Assembly (NCBI GenBank): GCA_000934665.2 | Contig: KZ538527.1 | Coordinates: 44,402-64,401, forward strand | Origin: Catajapyx aquilonaris | Taxonomy: Eukaryota | Direction: 5' to 3' | DNA: 20,000 bases | In this document: piece after piece, positions 1-10,345 of the stretch | How positions within the stretch are numbered: the stretch's first letter is position 1 | How the letters are laid out: each line of letters opens with the position of its first letter | Program-made: the position numbers and the translations under genes | The notes under the pieces: generated by a model | Database searches by the model: none | What the model was told of the DNA's origin: nothing | The model's input: only the letters and a program-made list of their open reading frames with translations

Positions 1-1921
1 TCCGCAATATGTAAGAGCAGGTTGCTTATTGTACTCCGCCGGTTTCATATCCGTGTGCATTTGACAGATCATACGCCTGGCTGAAGGAAAGGAGCCGGAG
101 TACCCGAAGTGCGACGCGGAAACCGACAGCACGAAGCAGTCGCTCATTAAGGTGCAGGCGTCCAACGTGCTTCTGGATTCGGGCAGCTCCACAGGCATGT
201 CGCAGCTTGAGTCTTCGACGGTGAGCAGCTTAACATGGCGTCGCTTTCTTAGCGATTACTGTTGCCAATAATTCTAGACTGCGGACACGCTGTACGACAG
301 CTCGAGCGCGTTGGCAAACAAGACGGCTTCAGAGGCTGAGATGCCTGCGTTGGACGGCCCACCGTCGCCCAGCCCTTCGACTCTATCGGGCTTAAGCATG
401 AGCAGCATGAAGCAAGAGAAGGTGATGGATAAGGCCAGCCGCAAGTGGGGGATGCTGTTCAACGTGATGCGGAAATGGAGGCGGAAGGATTCGCTGACTA
501 AGATCGTCGACAGCCTGGAGAAGGCCAAAGCGAAAGGGAAGAACCTGGCGCTGCACAAGATATTCTTCCTGCGCAACCGTGCGCTGACCCAGTTCACGGC
601 CCAGCTGGTCAGCACCACCTCGAACGGCTACGTCCAGACCTGGTCCATACACCAGAAGGGCGGGTTCCTCCACGAGTTTCTGGGGGTGCACCAGGCGGAC
701 GACTACATCGTGTCGCTGTCGACGGACGAGGACCACGAGTTCCTGTTCACCGGGGACACCTCGGGTTACATCAAGACCTGGCTGATCAGAGGCTACTGCG
801 TCGAAGGGGAGACGCCGATGACGGACATGGAGGAGGTGAACAAGCTGTACGCGCAGACCTTTCACTTCCTGCAGACGGACCGGAGCAAAGGCGGGAAGGC
901 GCAGCGGTTCGGGAATGCCAACCCGATGCCACGGCTGATCAACAGCTTTCGAGGTCACCTGAAGGGAATATCGTGCATGGAATACGTGCAGAGCAAGCGC
1001 CTGCTCATAACCGGGAGCAGCGATTGCACCGTACGGCTGTGGTCGTTGGAGGGCAAGTTTATCGGGATATTAGGCCACTCGTGGCCGCCCGTTAAGTTTC
1101 CACTAAATGGAGAAAAGATGCCGAAGAACATCCCGCCTGACCTGAGACGACACGCGTCCGCAACCACCCTCAAGGTAATAATCCGGTGTGTTATTCCAGG
1201 TCGTACTCGTACTCATATCCTCTCTGTTTGCAGGTGTTGTGCGGCGGTGTCCAAGCCAATTGGGCGGCGGTGAAGGAAAAGCTGCTGCCGGCCATGCGAG
1301 TGGAGGCGGAGAAGCAGCGGCTGGCCGCAAAGATCATTAGGGTAAGACCTTCCGTTTCATGCGTATCGAGTCATGCTTGAACCGTTGTTCGCAGGGAGAG
1401 GACACCAAGTGCACGCTGCTGGAGTTCCACACCATCGACCACCTTCCGCCGCAGCTCAGGAGGACCATCCTGGGGTCCAAGTTCAAGCCGCCTTACAGGA
1501 CCGGGAACCTGCCGCCTCTGCCGCATGCGGAGTGCCAGGGAGGGAAGGTACGCCCCTGCCGCCTGATGTCCAGGATTGTTAGTCATTTAATTTTTTTCTG
1601 ACAATGACACTTTTCTTCTCATTGCAACGTACGTAAGGTGGCCATATACAAGCTGCTGGCCTGCAAGGATCTCCAGAGGATCCCTGCCCATCAGCCTCCA
1701 GCCGTGGTCAAGAGGAACATGCAGGCCAAGCTCATGCTCGAGAGGCAAAAGTAGGTTTTTTGGCGTTTGCCTTCTGGTTTCGTTGTGTTTTTATTAAAAT
1801 TATGAATATTGTTTGTGTCCGCAGCAAGCAACAGCAATTGAGGGAGGCCTTGCTTGTGAAGCAGCAGAAGGAGGAGCAGCTCAGGAAGAGACGGGAAGCC
1901 ATGAAGGAGAGGAAGAGGTAG
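1..1921 (+). CDS. WD40-repeat protein, WDY/WDR49-like; 3' part only
   Basis: Exons <1-10, 68-220, 278-1174, 1234-1341, 1395-1547, 1638-1750, 1825-1921 (TAG). GT-AG introns of 53-90 nt keep the frame from 68 onward. WD repeats LFTGDTSGYIKTW and SFRGHLKGISCMEYV..LLITGSSDCTVRLWS, followed by P.DLRRHASATTLKVL.GG as I recall it from WDY/WDR49-type proteins. Confidence 0.8.
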
Positions 1922-1962
1922 AGGCTGCGGAAAATATGTCAAGTGAAGATGTGCGCGGGGAG

Positions 1963-1968
1963 AATAAA
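1963..1968 (+). terminator. Polyadenylation signal of the WD40 gene
   Basis: AATAAA about 40 nt after the TAG, followed by GT-rich sequence. Confidence 0.6.
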
Positions 1969-2109
1969 ATTTATTCTTGTGTAATAATTAGCGCATGATA
2001 TTTTAATGTATTTTGCTGGTGTTGCCGTGCAGCGTGCGCTTCGTTTGAAGGGCATGTGTAATTTTTTTTTTTTTGCATTAACTCTGTTGTCTCATGGACA
2101 AACAAGCAA

Positions 2110-2460
2110 GCAAGCAAACAAACAAACTTTCTATTTTATATATTCTTCTTATGTATTCTTAAATACATTTTTTTCCTTATATTGCATGTGTGTAAGGATA
2201 TGCACGACTCCTTCTTAAGATGCCTCAGGCCTTATCATGTGTAAAAAGTAATTAATTAATTAATAGATATAAGCGAAAGCAAACAAACCGACCAATTTTC
2301 CATTTTATATACCGGTGTATTGCCCTTATGTGATCTTATGTATAAATATTCCTTATATTGCATATGTGAGATACATGACTACCTCTTATGATTCCTCAGG
2401 CCTTATCATACGTTAAAGCAATTAATTGATAATAATTAATAAATTGACAAGCAAACAAAC
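2110..2460. repeat. Diverged ~175-bp tandem duplication (2 copies)
   Basis: Blocks ATTTTATATA, TTCCTTATATTGCAT, CCTCAGGCCTTATCAT and AAGCAAACAAAC recur at roughly 170-180 nt spacing. Confidence 0.75.
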
Positions 2461-2875
2461 ATAGAAACATTATGACAATGCCTTTTCATGTTTCTCACAA
2501 CGTAATTATTATTTCACAGCTTGTTTTTAAATATCTCTTGTCCTGTGTCTGTTACTTAACGCCCGAGTTATGGTGTTGTTAATTAGCAGTAATTAGTAGT
2601 AATTAATTGGCTTCAAAGGGATTTTGAGATACGGTAGTTGGTTACAGTATGTGCTCGCTTAACGGAAGGAACGGTCTGGTCCGTTTCCTTAGATAACAGG
2701 GGGGGAGTATCAAAGATGGCGGACAATTTCAGAGCAAGTCGTGACAGTTCCGTCATGTTATACACAATCGTTGTGCGGAGAATCAAAGATGGCGGCTTAG
2801 AAGGTCGTTTCGCACGTTTTTTTGCCAATTTTTGAGCGAATTTTGTGCCGTACTGATTAGATATGGACAAGCCGA
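2412..2875 (+). repeat. Copy A of duplicated promoter/5'UTR/start segment
   Basis: Colinear high similarity to 4609-5380 (excluding the SINE), from GTTAAAGCAATTAATTGATAAT to GATATGGACAAGCCGA. YY1/Pho-type AAGATGGCGG at 2713 and 2786. Confidence 0.95.
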
Positions 2876-4508
2876 CCATCAAGAAGGAATCGGAGGACGA
2901 GGAGATGACGACGGAGGAGACTTGGCTCCTCCGGATCAAGGAGGAGACGCCTTCCTGCCTGGAGGAGGACCCTGGCTTCTTTGAACGATACGCTTCAGGG
3001 GCTGGAGGTGTTGAAGGGAAGGAAGATGACGGCAGGGTGGTAAGCATGTCGATTATTTTTCTTTGTTGATCAGTAAGGTGTATGAGAGAGCATCATGTGG
3101 GATCAGATCATAAACCACGATATCAGAGCAGACTGCTCATTTCAATCCTTAACTATGACGATTAACTTATCCATATGCATTTAACTTCAGCCGTCAGAAG
3201 GGCATGACCGGGAGGAAGCGGGTGCGGATGAAAAGACAGCTGCGGACAGTGGTTTGATCTTGACCATCAATGTCAAACCAGAGCCCGGCGCAGTGCAAGG
3301 TTCTTCCACAACGGAAATTCTGAGGAGTTTCCGGATGGAAAAGAAGAAACATTGCGATAGGAATCTCAAGGAGAATCTGGAGAAAGGAAAGGTGGGTCAC
3401 GTAGTATTGAAAGCTGAATTGTATTGTTACAAATGTTATGATGTTTTTTGTTTTGTTTTTTGTAGGCAAGCGCATATCAAGAGAGCACGAAGGTGCAGAC
3501 GTCTTCACCTTGCCCTGTCTGTGGAATGGTTTTTGATGATGAAAGGAAGGCTAGAGCCCACAGACGTGCCCACAGTACTTTCCCGTGTGATGTTTGTGGC
3601 AAGGTATACAAGAATTTGGGATCTCTGATCAGCCACAAGGAATCCTACCTGGGAGAGAAGCCCCACAAGTGCACCAGATACGACAAGTCCTTCTCAGAGC
3701 TCAAGCTGCAGCTTCACGTTTCCTGCCATGACCGCGGTGGTAAACTCATGTGTCATGTTTGCAACAAGTCCTTCAGCAAAAGAAAAGCATTACTGCGTCA
3801 TGTAAAAGTGCACCAGCGAATTCATGTTTGCAGAGTGAGTTAAAGAGGCATGCAAGTGCACATGTGGAGGAGAAATCCTTCACTTGCGATGTTTGTAGCA
3901 GTAGATTTATGTCTATGGAGAACTTGAAACTTCACAAGAAAGTGATGCATGTTGAGCAATTATTAACCCAAATAAGACGGGCATATCATATGCTGATACG
4001 GTAGCTTTAAAAAATTCAGCTGGCGAAACTATAGCGTTTTCCCACTATGTAACGTGGTTTCTGTGTGGCTTTTTTAAAATTTCTCTCGCGTAAAAAATTC
4101 GCGAGTTTTGGACTACAAAATCTTGCATAAATAAACCGGATTAACCGGATTAACTTGAATGAAATAATTTTTTGCGGCAGCTGAAAAAAAAAAAAAAAAC
4201 TAATCCGACCTTGACCGGCAAATTTTTGGCATACATAGTTGCCCCCAAACCTCCTCAAGAGATACCACCCAAGAATTAGTGCAAAATTTGATTCAATAGT
4301 TTTAAAATGAATAAGGTAGATTCTTGCTAAAACGCGAAAAAAGGCCAGTCTTATTAACAGGGTTACTTGAAGAGCCATCCGGAGACAGGCTCAGTGAGCC
4401 TGTCTCCGGATGGCTCTTCAAGTGACGCCTGGCTCAGAGAGAAGGTTCAAGTGCGCTGTGTGTGGAAAGGGATTCACTGCGTCAGCCCTTATGAAGGAAA
4501 TGTTATGA
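2863..4508 (+). pseudogene. Degenerating C2H2 zinc-finger gene (probable pseudogene or truncated gene)
   Basis: Exons 2863-3039, 3191-3391 and 3466 onward splice in frame. Fingers include CPVC..H..H and CHVC..H..H, but HKESY (H>Y) and CTRY (C>Y) have lost ligands. A deletion/frameshift near 3835 gives a stop at 3843; a further finger lies in another frame (FTCDVCSSRF..LKLHKKVMH); remnant FKCAVCGKGF at 4446-4475. Confidence 0.75.
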
Positions 4509-4608
4509 AAGACGAAGTTGGTTTTTTTAAATTTATGTGCAATCCTGTATTGTAAATTTCCTCAACTCTTTTTTTACCAATTTTTAAAACCTCACTTACA
4601 GCTGGTGG

Positions 4609-5380
4609 GTTAAAGCAATTAATTGATAATTAATTTATTAACAAGGAAACAAACACAGAAACATATGACAATGCCTTTCATGTTTCTCACAATAATAATA
4701 ATAATAATAATGATAATAATAATACCTTACCCCGTTATCAGCCTTTTTCGGCTCTTTAGGGGGGATTTTTGTTTTCTCTGGAACTCTTGCGTACATTTTT
4801 ACTTTGCTTTTTGGGATATGATAGGGAAGGAAGGAGGCGGCTGTGGCCTATTAATATAGGAAACAACTCCGGAATTCTCCTGGAGGGACTGTGGGAAACC
4901 ACAGAAAACCACGGTTAGAGTTGCCGGCCCCGGGGCTCGAACCCAGGACCTCCCGATTAGCAGTCGGACCCTATAGCCACTCCACCAAACTGCTTCGGTC
5001 TCACAACATAATAATTATTACACAGCTTGTATTTAAATATCTCTTGGCCTGTGTCTGTTACTTAACGCCCGAGTTGTTGTTAATTAGCAGTAATTAGTAG
5101 CAATTAAATTGGCAATAATTCCAAGTGATTTCGAGATACGGTAGTTGGTTACAGTATCTGCTCGCTTAACGGAAGGAACGGTCTGGTCCGTTTCCTTGGA
5201 TAACAGGGGGAGTATCAAAGATGGCGGATAATTTCAGATCAACCTGGGAAAGTTCCGTCATGTTTATACACAATCGTTGTGCGGAGAATCAAAGATGGCG
5301 GCTTAAGTTTCGCACGTTTCGGTTTGTTGCAAATTTTTTTGAGCTAATTTTGGTGCCGTCAAAAGATATGGACAAGCCGA
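4609..5380 (+). promoter_or_regulatory. Copy B of duplicated segment = mRpS16 upstream/promoter/5'UTR
   Basis: Paralogous to 2412-2875. AAGATGGCGG motifs at 5218 and 5292, upstream of ATG 5368. Confidence 0.8.
4693..4998 (-). mobile_element. tRNA-derived SINE, 306 bp
   Basis: Minus strand: A box TGGTGGAGTGG, anticodon-like arm TCCGA-CTGCTAA-TCGGG, B box GGTTCGAGCCC, central GGTTTTCTGTGGTTTCCC...AGGCCACAGCCG core like that of arthropod SINEs, (TAT)n tail. Target-site duplication TCTCACAA at 4685-4692 and 4999-5006; empty site at 2493-2500. Confidence 0.92.
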
Positions 5381-5968
5381 TCCGACTGGCCGTGAGATTC
5401 GCATACCACGGATGCACCAACAGGCCCTTCTTCCACATCGTGCTGGCAAACGTGAGTGCATGGCCCCGTTGGATGCGAAACATTATATTTCCTCCCCCGC
5501 AATGTTTGGGCCTAATGACTTCCTGTCTCTTGAGAGCAGACCAAGTCCCCCCGTGACGATCCCCCGATGGAGCACCTGGGCAGCTACGACCCTTTGCCCA
5601 ACCAGGACAACCAGAAACTGGTGGCTCTCAACATGGACAGGATCAAGTACTGGATCGGACAAGGAGCGGAAACGAGCCAACCTGTAGCCGAACTGTTAGG
5701 TAAGCATGGCCACGTACCTGCTTCAGCTGAGCACCAATCAATAAGCCCAGCTTGATAATCTCTTTTAATTTTTAATTATTTTTTTAAACATTGCTAGTTA
5801 ACTCCTACGTACAAGTTATTACAAGCGATACATATTTAATTTCCAGGGCTTGCAGGCCTGCTTCCGATTCACCCCAACACATTCAAGACAGCCTGGCGTA
5901 ACCGTTGGGCAGCCGAGAAGGAAAAGCAGCCTGAAAAGCAGGACGAGGCGTCCGCAAGCCCAACTTAA
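5368..5968 (+). CDS. mRpS16: Mitochondrial ribosomal protein S16 (bS16m)
   Basis: Exons 5368-5451, 5540-5699, 5847-5968. Motifs VRFAYHGCTNRPFFHIV, EHLGSYDPLPN, KLVALNMDRIKYWIGQGA, LLGLAGLLPIHP. AATAAA at 5980. Confidence 0.95.
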
Positions 5969-6153
5969 AAAGCGTCGGTAATAAAATCAGTAATTAGCAA
6001 CAGATATTTTACTCGGCGGCTCAAAACTACATATCAACACAGAACTCGGGGTGTCGCTGTTCTTCCACCGCAAATTTCATTGCTTTATGTTTCCTTCTTT
6101 TTTTTTGGCTTTGGACCTACTATTAACAATGGGTGTGTGAAACTGCTAGGAGA

Positions 6154-7159
6154 CTAGTGCATGTCATAGACGCTCTGGAGGGCCAGCTCGGGTTGGTCGT
6201 ACCCAAGCTCCTCTGGGGTGTCCATGCCCAGCTCCGTCAGGGTTGGGCGGATCTCCTGCGATGAGAACATGTCAAATGGCGTACAGGCACCTTGCAAACG
6301 CAGCACTGTACCTGCAGTATGTACGGGTAGATCTCCTTGACCCTGTTTCCGCACTTGTCCTGGACTGCCTCCAGGAAGCGGACCCCCAGGGCGTAGTCGT
6401 TCACCCTGCGGCATGCTCGCAGGGCAGACGTTATGATCTTCGGCTCTGGAACCAGGTCCATCCCGCACAGGTCGTTCATTGCCTGCAAACGGTTCCGCAT
6501 GTAAAATCGCAAAGACAATCGATCACTTTTTTCCCCCCTTACCTTACGGATCTCCCATCCATCGATGTCCTTGCGGTTGAAGAAGGCCTCGTAGCGGGCA
6601 TCAAACTCCTCGTCCGTCTCCTCGCTGTGCTTGGACAGCCGGCTGCTCGTCACTGTTGGAGGGACATACATAAAAATTACAAGATAATCACTGCAATTAC
6701 AAGTAATTTCACACTGTATTGTTTGGCATTGCCAGGTCCTGCAATGACTAGTTTTATGGAATGTCGTTTTCATTAAGCAAATTTAAACACCATAAATATT
6801 CACTATTCACGTAATAATAATACTTATTATTATTATTGCTGCTACTGCTGTATTAAGAACTTATATTAGCATTTAATGTTAGTTTTTTTCATAATTTTGT
6901 TATAACTGCTGTTAATAACTTGTATTAGTATTTAATTTTAATATTTTTTATATATTTTCCATATTCCATTTCACATTTATTTTACATTTCTTTCTTTCAT
7001 TACACACATTTGCACTTCACTCGATATTTTCCATTTTTATTTTATAATTTTAATGTCTCCCATATTAATAACTGCTATAAAAAATATTAACAATAGCTAC
7101 TGCCATATTTCGATTTTTTGGAAAATTATTTATCCACCACGTTATGAATGCATTTCCCA

Positions 7160-7197
<38 letters not shown>

Positions 7198-7756
7198 TCA
7201 TATTTTGGGTTAGCTTGCGGCTCCCATCATCGCTGGCAACCCTTATCGGGAAATGTCGTGATGACAATTATTATTGTTATTATTATCTCTACCCCATGGC
7301 ATAATACGCACCATCCAGTATCTGTATTAAAATATTAGTGTACGCCCCAATTAACAAACATAACTCATATTATTATTATTATTATTAACGCAGTTGTATC
7401 CGGATATAACGAACTTCAAGGGACCACAAGTTATAACCAAAGTCTGTTATAGCGGAACACACATGCCATATATGGAAGTATTCCGGGGCTGGCGTCCGTT
7501 TCGAGTCTGTTAAATCCAGGGTCAACTGTAGTACTATGTAATTATATTATGTAGTATTATGAACTGGAAAATATTGACCCGGTCTTAACCCACCAGTTTT
7601 CAATCTTAATTTATTAATTCATTATCCCCCTCCCTCCCCCTCCCCATCATCCTTCCTTCCCCTGGTTGGTGTCCCCCCCTCACCCGAGATGCTCCTGGAT
7701 GGAACCAGTGCCTGCCTGGAGACCTGCAGCGCCCGGGACACGAAGGATCGGAGCAT
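6154..7756 (-). CDS. COX5A: Cytochrome c oxidase subunit 5A, mitochondrial precursor (151 aa)
   Basis: Exons 7756-7684, 6652-6543, 6482-6312, 6255-6154. Presequence [10 protein letters not shown].. then [76 protein letters not shown]. Confidence 0.97.
7162..7197. repeat. (ATT)12 microsatellite in COX5A intron 1
   Basis: Direct read of the sequence. Confidence 0.95.
7391..7528. mobile_element. Old Tigger/pogo-like MITE remnant
   Basis: Imperfect 24-bp terminal inverted repeats (CAGTTGTATCCGGATATAACGAAC / GTCTGTTAAATCCAGGGTCAACTG, 17/24 match). TA on the right flank only; internal GTTATA subrepeats. Confidence 0.65.
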
Positions 7757-8217
7757 GTTTGGAGCGGCGGAGGCGAAGAGGAACCAGAGCAGACCCAGGG
7801 AGAGTCGATCTGATCGCGTTCCAAAAGAAGAAGACGCGAAGGTCGTAGGGCAAGATGGCGGCCGGAAGTGGAGGGGGAAGTGGAGGGATCCGAACGGCGA
7901 CAGCAACGAGCAGACGAAATTGTCCGCCACGAGAACCACGAAGCGACGAAAGTGCCGGATCATGCTCCACCTAATTGTTCATTAATTATAATTAATTATA
8001 ATTGTTTAAATACGGAACAATCAACGCCGGTTGGGCAGCAACGCCCGTCGGAATGCGGCTGGGTGCTGCCATCTTGCGGGATTCCAGGGAAACGGCGGGA
8101 CGGTACTGTATTTGAGCTGGTATAGTTGAACGCCCCTTAACTTCAGAGGTTCTGTTGGCACTCCTGCTGGCCATTGTTGATTCAATGGTGCCAGCAGCCT
8201 TTTGGGATAGACCGAGG

Positions 8218-8578
8218 CAGGGAGCATAATATATTATACTACATAAGAGGCGCAAACATTCGATTTCCGCGTCTCTCTGTTTGGGGGCGTTGCCAAGGCT
8301 GGCGGCCATCTTGAAGTGTGGGGAACGCCAACGAGGTATAAATAGGGTACAGGCAAAAATATGGTCCGCCATCTTTGATTCGCGCGTGTTCTTGCCGTGT
8401 AGTTGCCATGGCCGCCAAAACCATCAAAGATGGCGGACCCTATTTTTGCCTGTACTTATACCTCGTTGGCGTTGCCCACACTTCAAGATGGCCGCCACCC
8501 TTGGCAACGGCCCCAATCAATGAGACGCGAACATCAAAGGCGCCGACAGAAGTTTGCGCCTCTTATGCATGCTCCCTG
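8218..8578. mobile_element. Fold-back element / MITE, 361 bp
   Basis: Termini CAGGGAGCAT / ATGCTCCCTG. Arms of ~160 bp are imperfect inverted repeats (CATAAGAGGCGCAAAC, GGCGGCCATCTTGAAGTGTGGG, GTACAGGCAAAAATA) around a ~40-nt centre. No clear target-site duplication. Confidence 0.75.
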
Positions 8579-8748
8579 GTATGATTCAGTAATTTAATAT
8601 TTGTGCCACTGAAACGCTGGTTTAAGTGAGAAGTTAATATGTAATTTAGCTGCACACAAAAAATTATTAGGTGTCAATACATTTTTTTATTCTACTCGTT
8701 GAGCTCGCAGCGTGTCGACAACAGGCCTGGATTATATCAAGATTATAT

Positions 8749-10092
8749 TCACTTGAGTCCAGGAACACGGTATAAAAACTCTCCGTCGTCGTCATAGAAG
8801 CAGTCTCCCTTCTTATAAGTTACGCCTTTCTTACGGGGCTGATCTGAAGGCAGCTCAATGCGCTCAGGTGCTGCATTGTTGCGTCCGTATGGAAGTTGGT
8901 ACCCACGAGCCGGATCGTACATGAACGCCTCGGACGCTTCCGGACGACTAGTTGGTGAATCTAGACGCATCTCGACCTTCTCAGTCCTGGCGTACTTCGG
9001 CGGCAGCTCAAACCTGGCTGACTGTTGATCCCGTATGCCTGAAGCCAACTTGTCCAGTACTTCAGTCTTGAGCTGGGTCAAACTGACCCTGTCGACTGGC
9101 GGCTTGACCTTGTCATCCGTCGTCTTCTTTCTGGGGCCAGCGATGGACAGCAGCTTAGTGAACGGGCCTACGATTTGCTCGGGAGGCTTACACATCACTT
9201 CCGATGGCTGACCTGAAATGCAGTTCATTGTTACAACGTTTCAATTGGTTGACTTGCGAACATGCCTTCTGGATCAGGCGAGTCTTTAATCCTGTGCAGG
9301 TGTGTCCGTAGCGCCTCTTTCGACACGTAATCTGGTAGGAGTCCCGATTTGGATATGATCCTCCAGCGGTGGTACACGTTCTCGTCGTGTCTCTTCACCC
9401 TCTCTTCATTCTCAGGTTTCCAATCGCCCCGTATGAGTCTTCTGGCTCCCTCGACCGACACTGGAAAGCTGGCGGATATGGCTTCGGGGCTCCACTCGTC
9501 CGGACTCTCCCTGTGCAGATGCCTGATGGCCTCTTTCTCCGTCCAGGTCAGGAGGTTTGGCTCCTTCGGCCTCAGGTCACGGAAGTGCTGTCGCTCCACG
9601 TTCTTGAGCCGACCCTTTCTGTTCCTCGCCTTCAGTTCCAACTCGTGAAGTCCTTGCAAATGCCTAGCCTCTTCTTCGTCTGGCTCCAGATCACCCGGGT
9701 CAAAGTCAGCGTCAAACTCAGATGCCACATCCTCACCCGGCAAGGTCACGGCCTTCATCTGCCTTCTGATACCTGTCATATCAAAGGATTTTGGCTATCA
9801 ATCACCTACATTAATATTATTAATTATGAAGCTCTCACTCTAAATTATGTGTTTGCACGTGTTTTTCTATTTTATTTATTTGTCAAAATTTATTATCAAA
9901 ATGTGGGCCTGGAGATGCATGTTATAATAATTTACCCGGATCCGTCTTCTTCCAGGGCTTCTTCTGTTGCACCACCGCCTTTGATGGCTTGTTGAAGCGC
10001 CTGGTAGCCGGAACCAACCCGGAGGACCCGCAAACCCGGAGTCCTTCCCGGATAATCGAGCTCCGGATCAGAAAGCATGTCTTTCCTTGCAT
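8749..10092 (-). CDS. NGRN: Neugrin (mitochondrial ribosome biogenesis factor), ~375 aa
   Basis: Exons 10092-9936, 9772-9266, 9212-8749. Basic presequence-like N-terminus; neugrin motif LTWTEKEAIRHLHRESPDEWSPEAISASFPVS; C-terminal KGDCFYDDDGEFLYRVP. Second intron inferred as GC-AG. Confidence 0.88.
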
Positions 10093-10345
10093 TATTAATT
10101 ATTTTTTTTTTTCAATAATTTCTGTCGGCCATTTTGGTCCGTTCCTTTTGTTTTTTGGAGAGGGGAACGTTCCTTGGTGTAAGACTGTTTGGAACGAACT
10201 GAAATGGAACGAATTCCACGTTCGAATTTTGAAGGCGCCAAAACCTATTCCGAAGATTTCGTTTGGCTATTCCCGCAGGAAAACCCTCGCCTTGTTTTCC
10301 TGCGGGAATCTGTCTGGGAGGAGGAGGAGGAAGAAGAAGGAAAAG
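10093..10345. promoter_or_regulatory. Putative bidirectional promoter between NGRN and the F-box gene
   Basis: 253 bp between divergent ATGs. AAAATGGCCG (YY1/Pho-like) on minus at 10126-10135; repeated TGGAACGAA; 16-bp inverted repeat at 10269-10309. Confidence 0.6.

Noticed and set aside
392..958. 188-aa minus-strand ORF (and similar ones at 6243-6776, 9369-9995, 13158-13718)
   Set aside because: Antisense shadows of GC-rich real exons.
4001..4360. Possible intron or transposon fragment within the zinc-finger remnant
   Set aside because: GT and CAG ends exist, but no terminal repeats, target duplication or frame evidence let me classify it.
4925..4998. tRNA-Ser(GCT) gene on the minus strand
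   Set aside because: No proper acceptor stem or long variable arm; it is the head of a SINE bounded by target-site duplications.
7992..8597. Mirror ORFs on both strands
   Set aside because: Produced by the palindromic fold-back element; no recognisable protein features.
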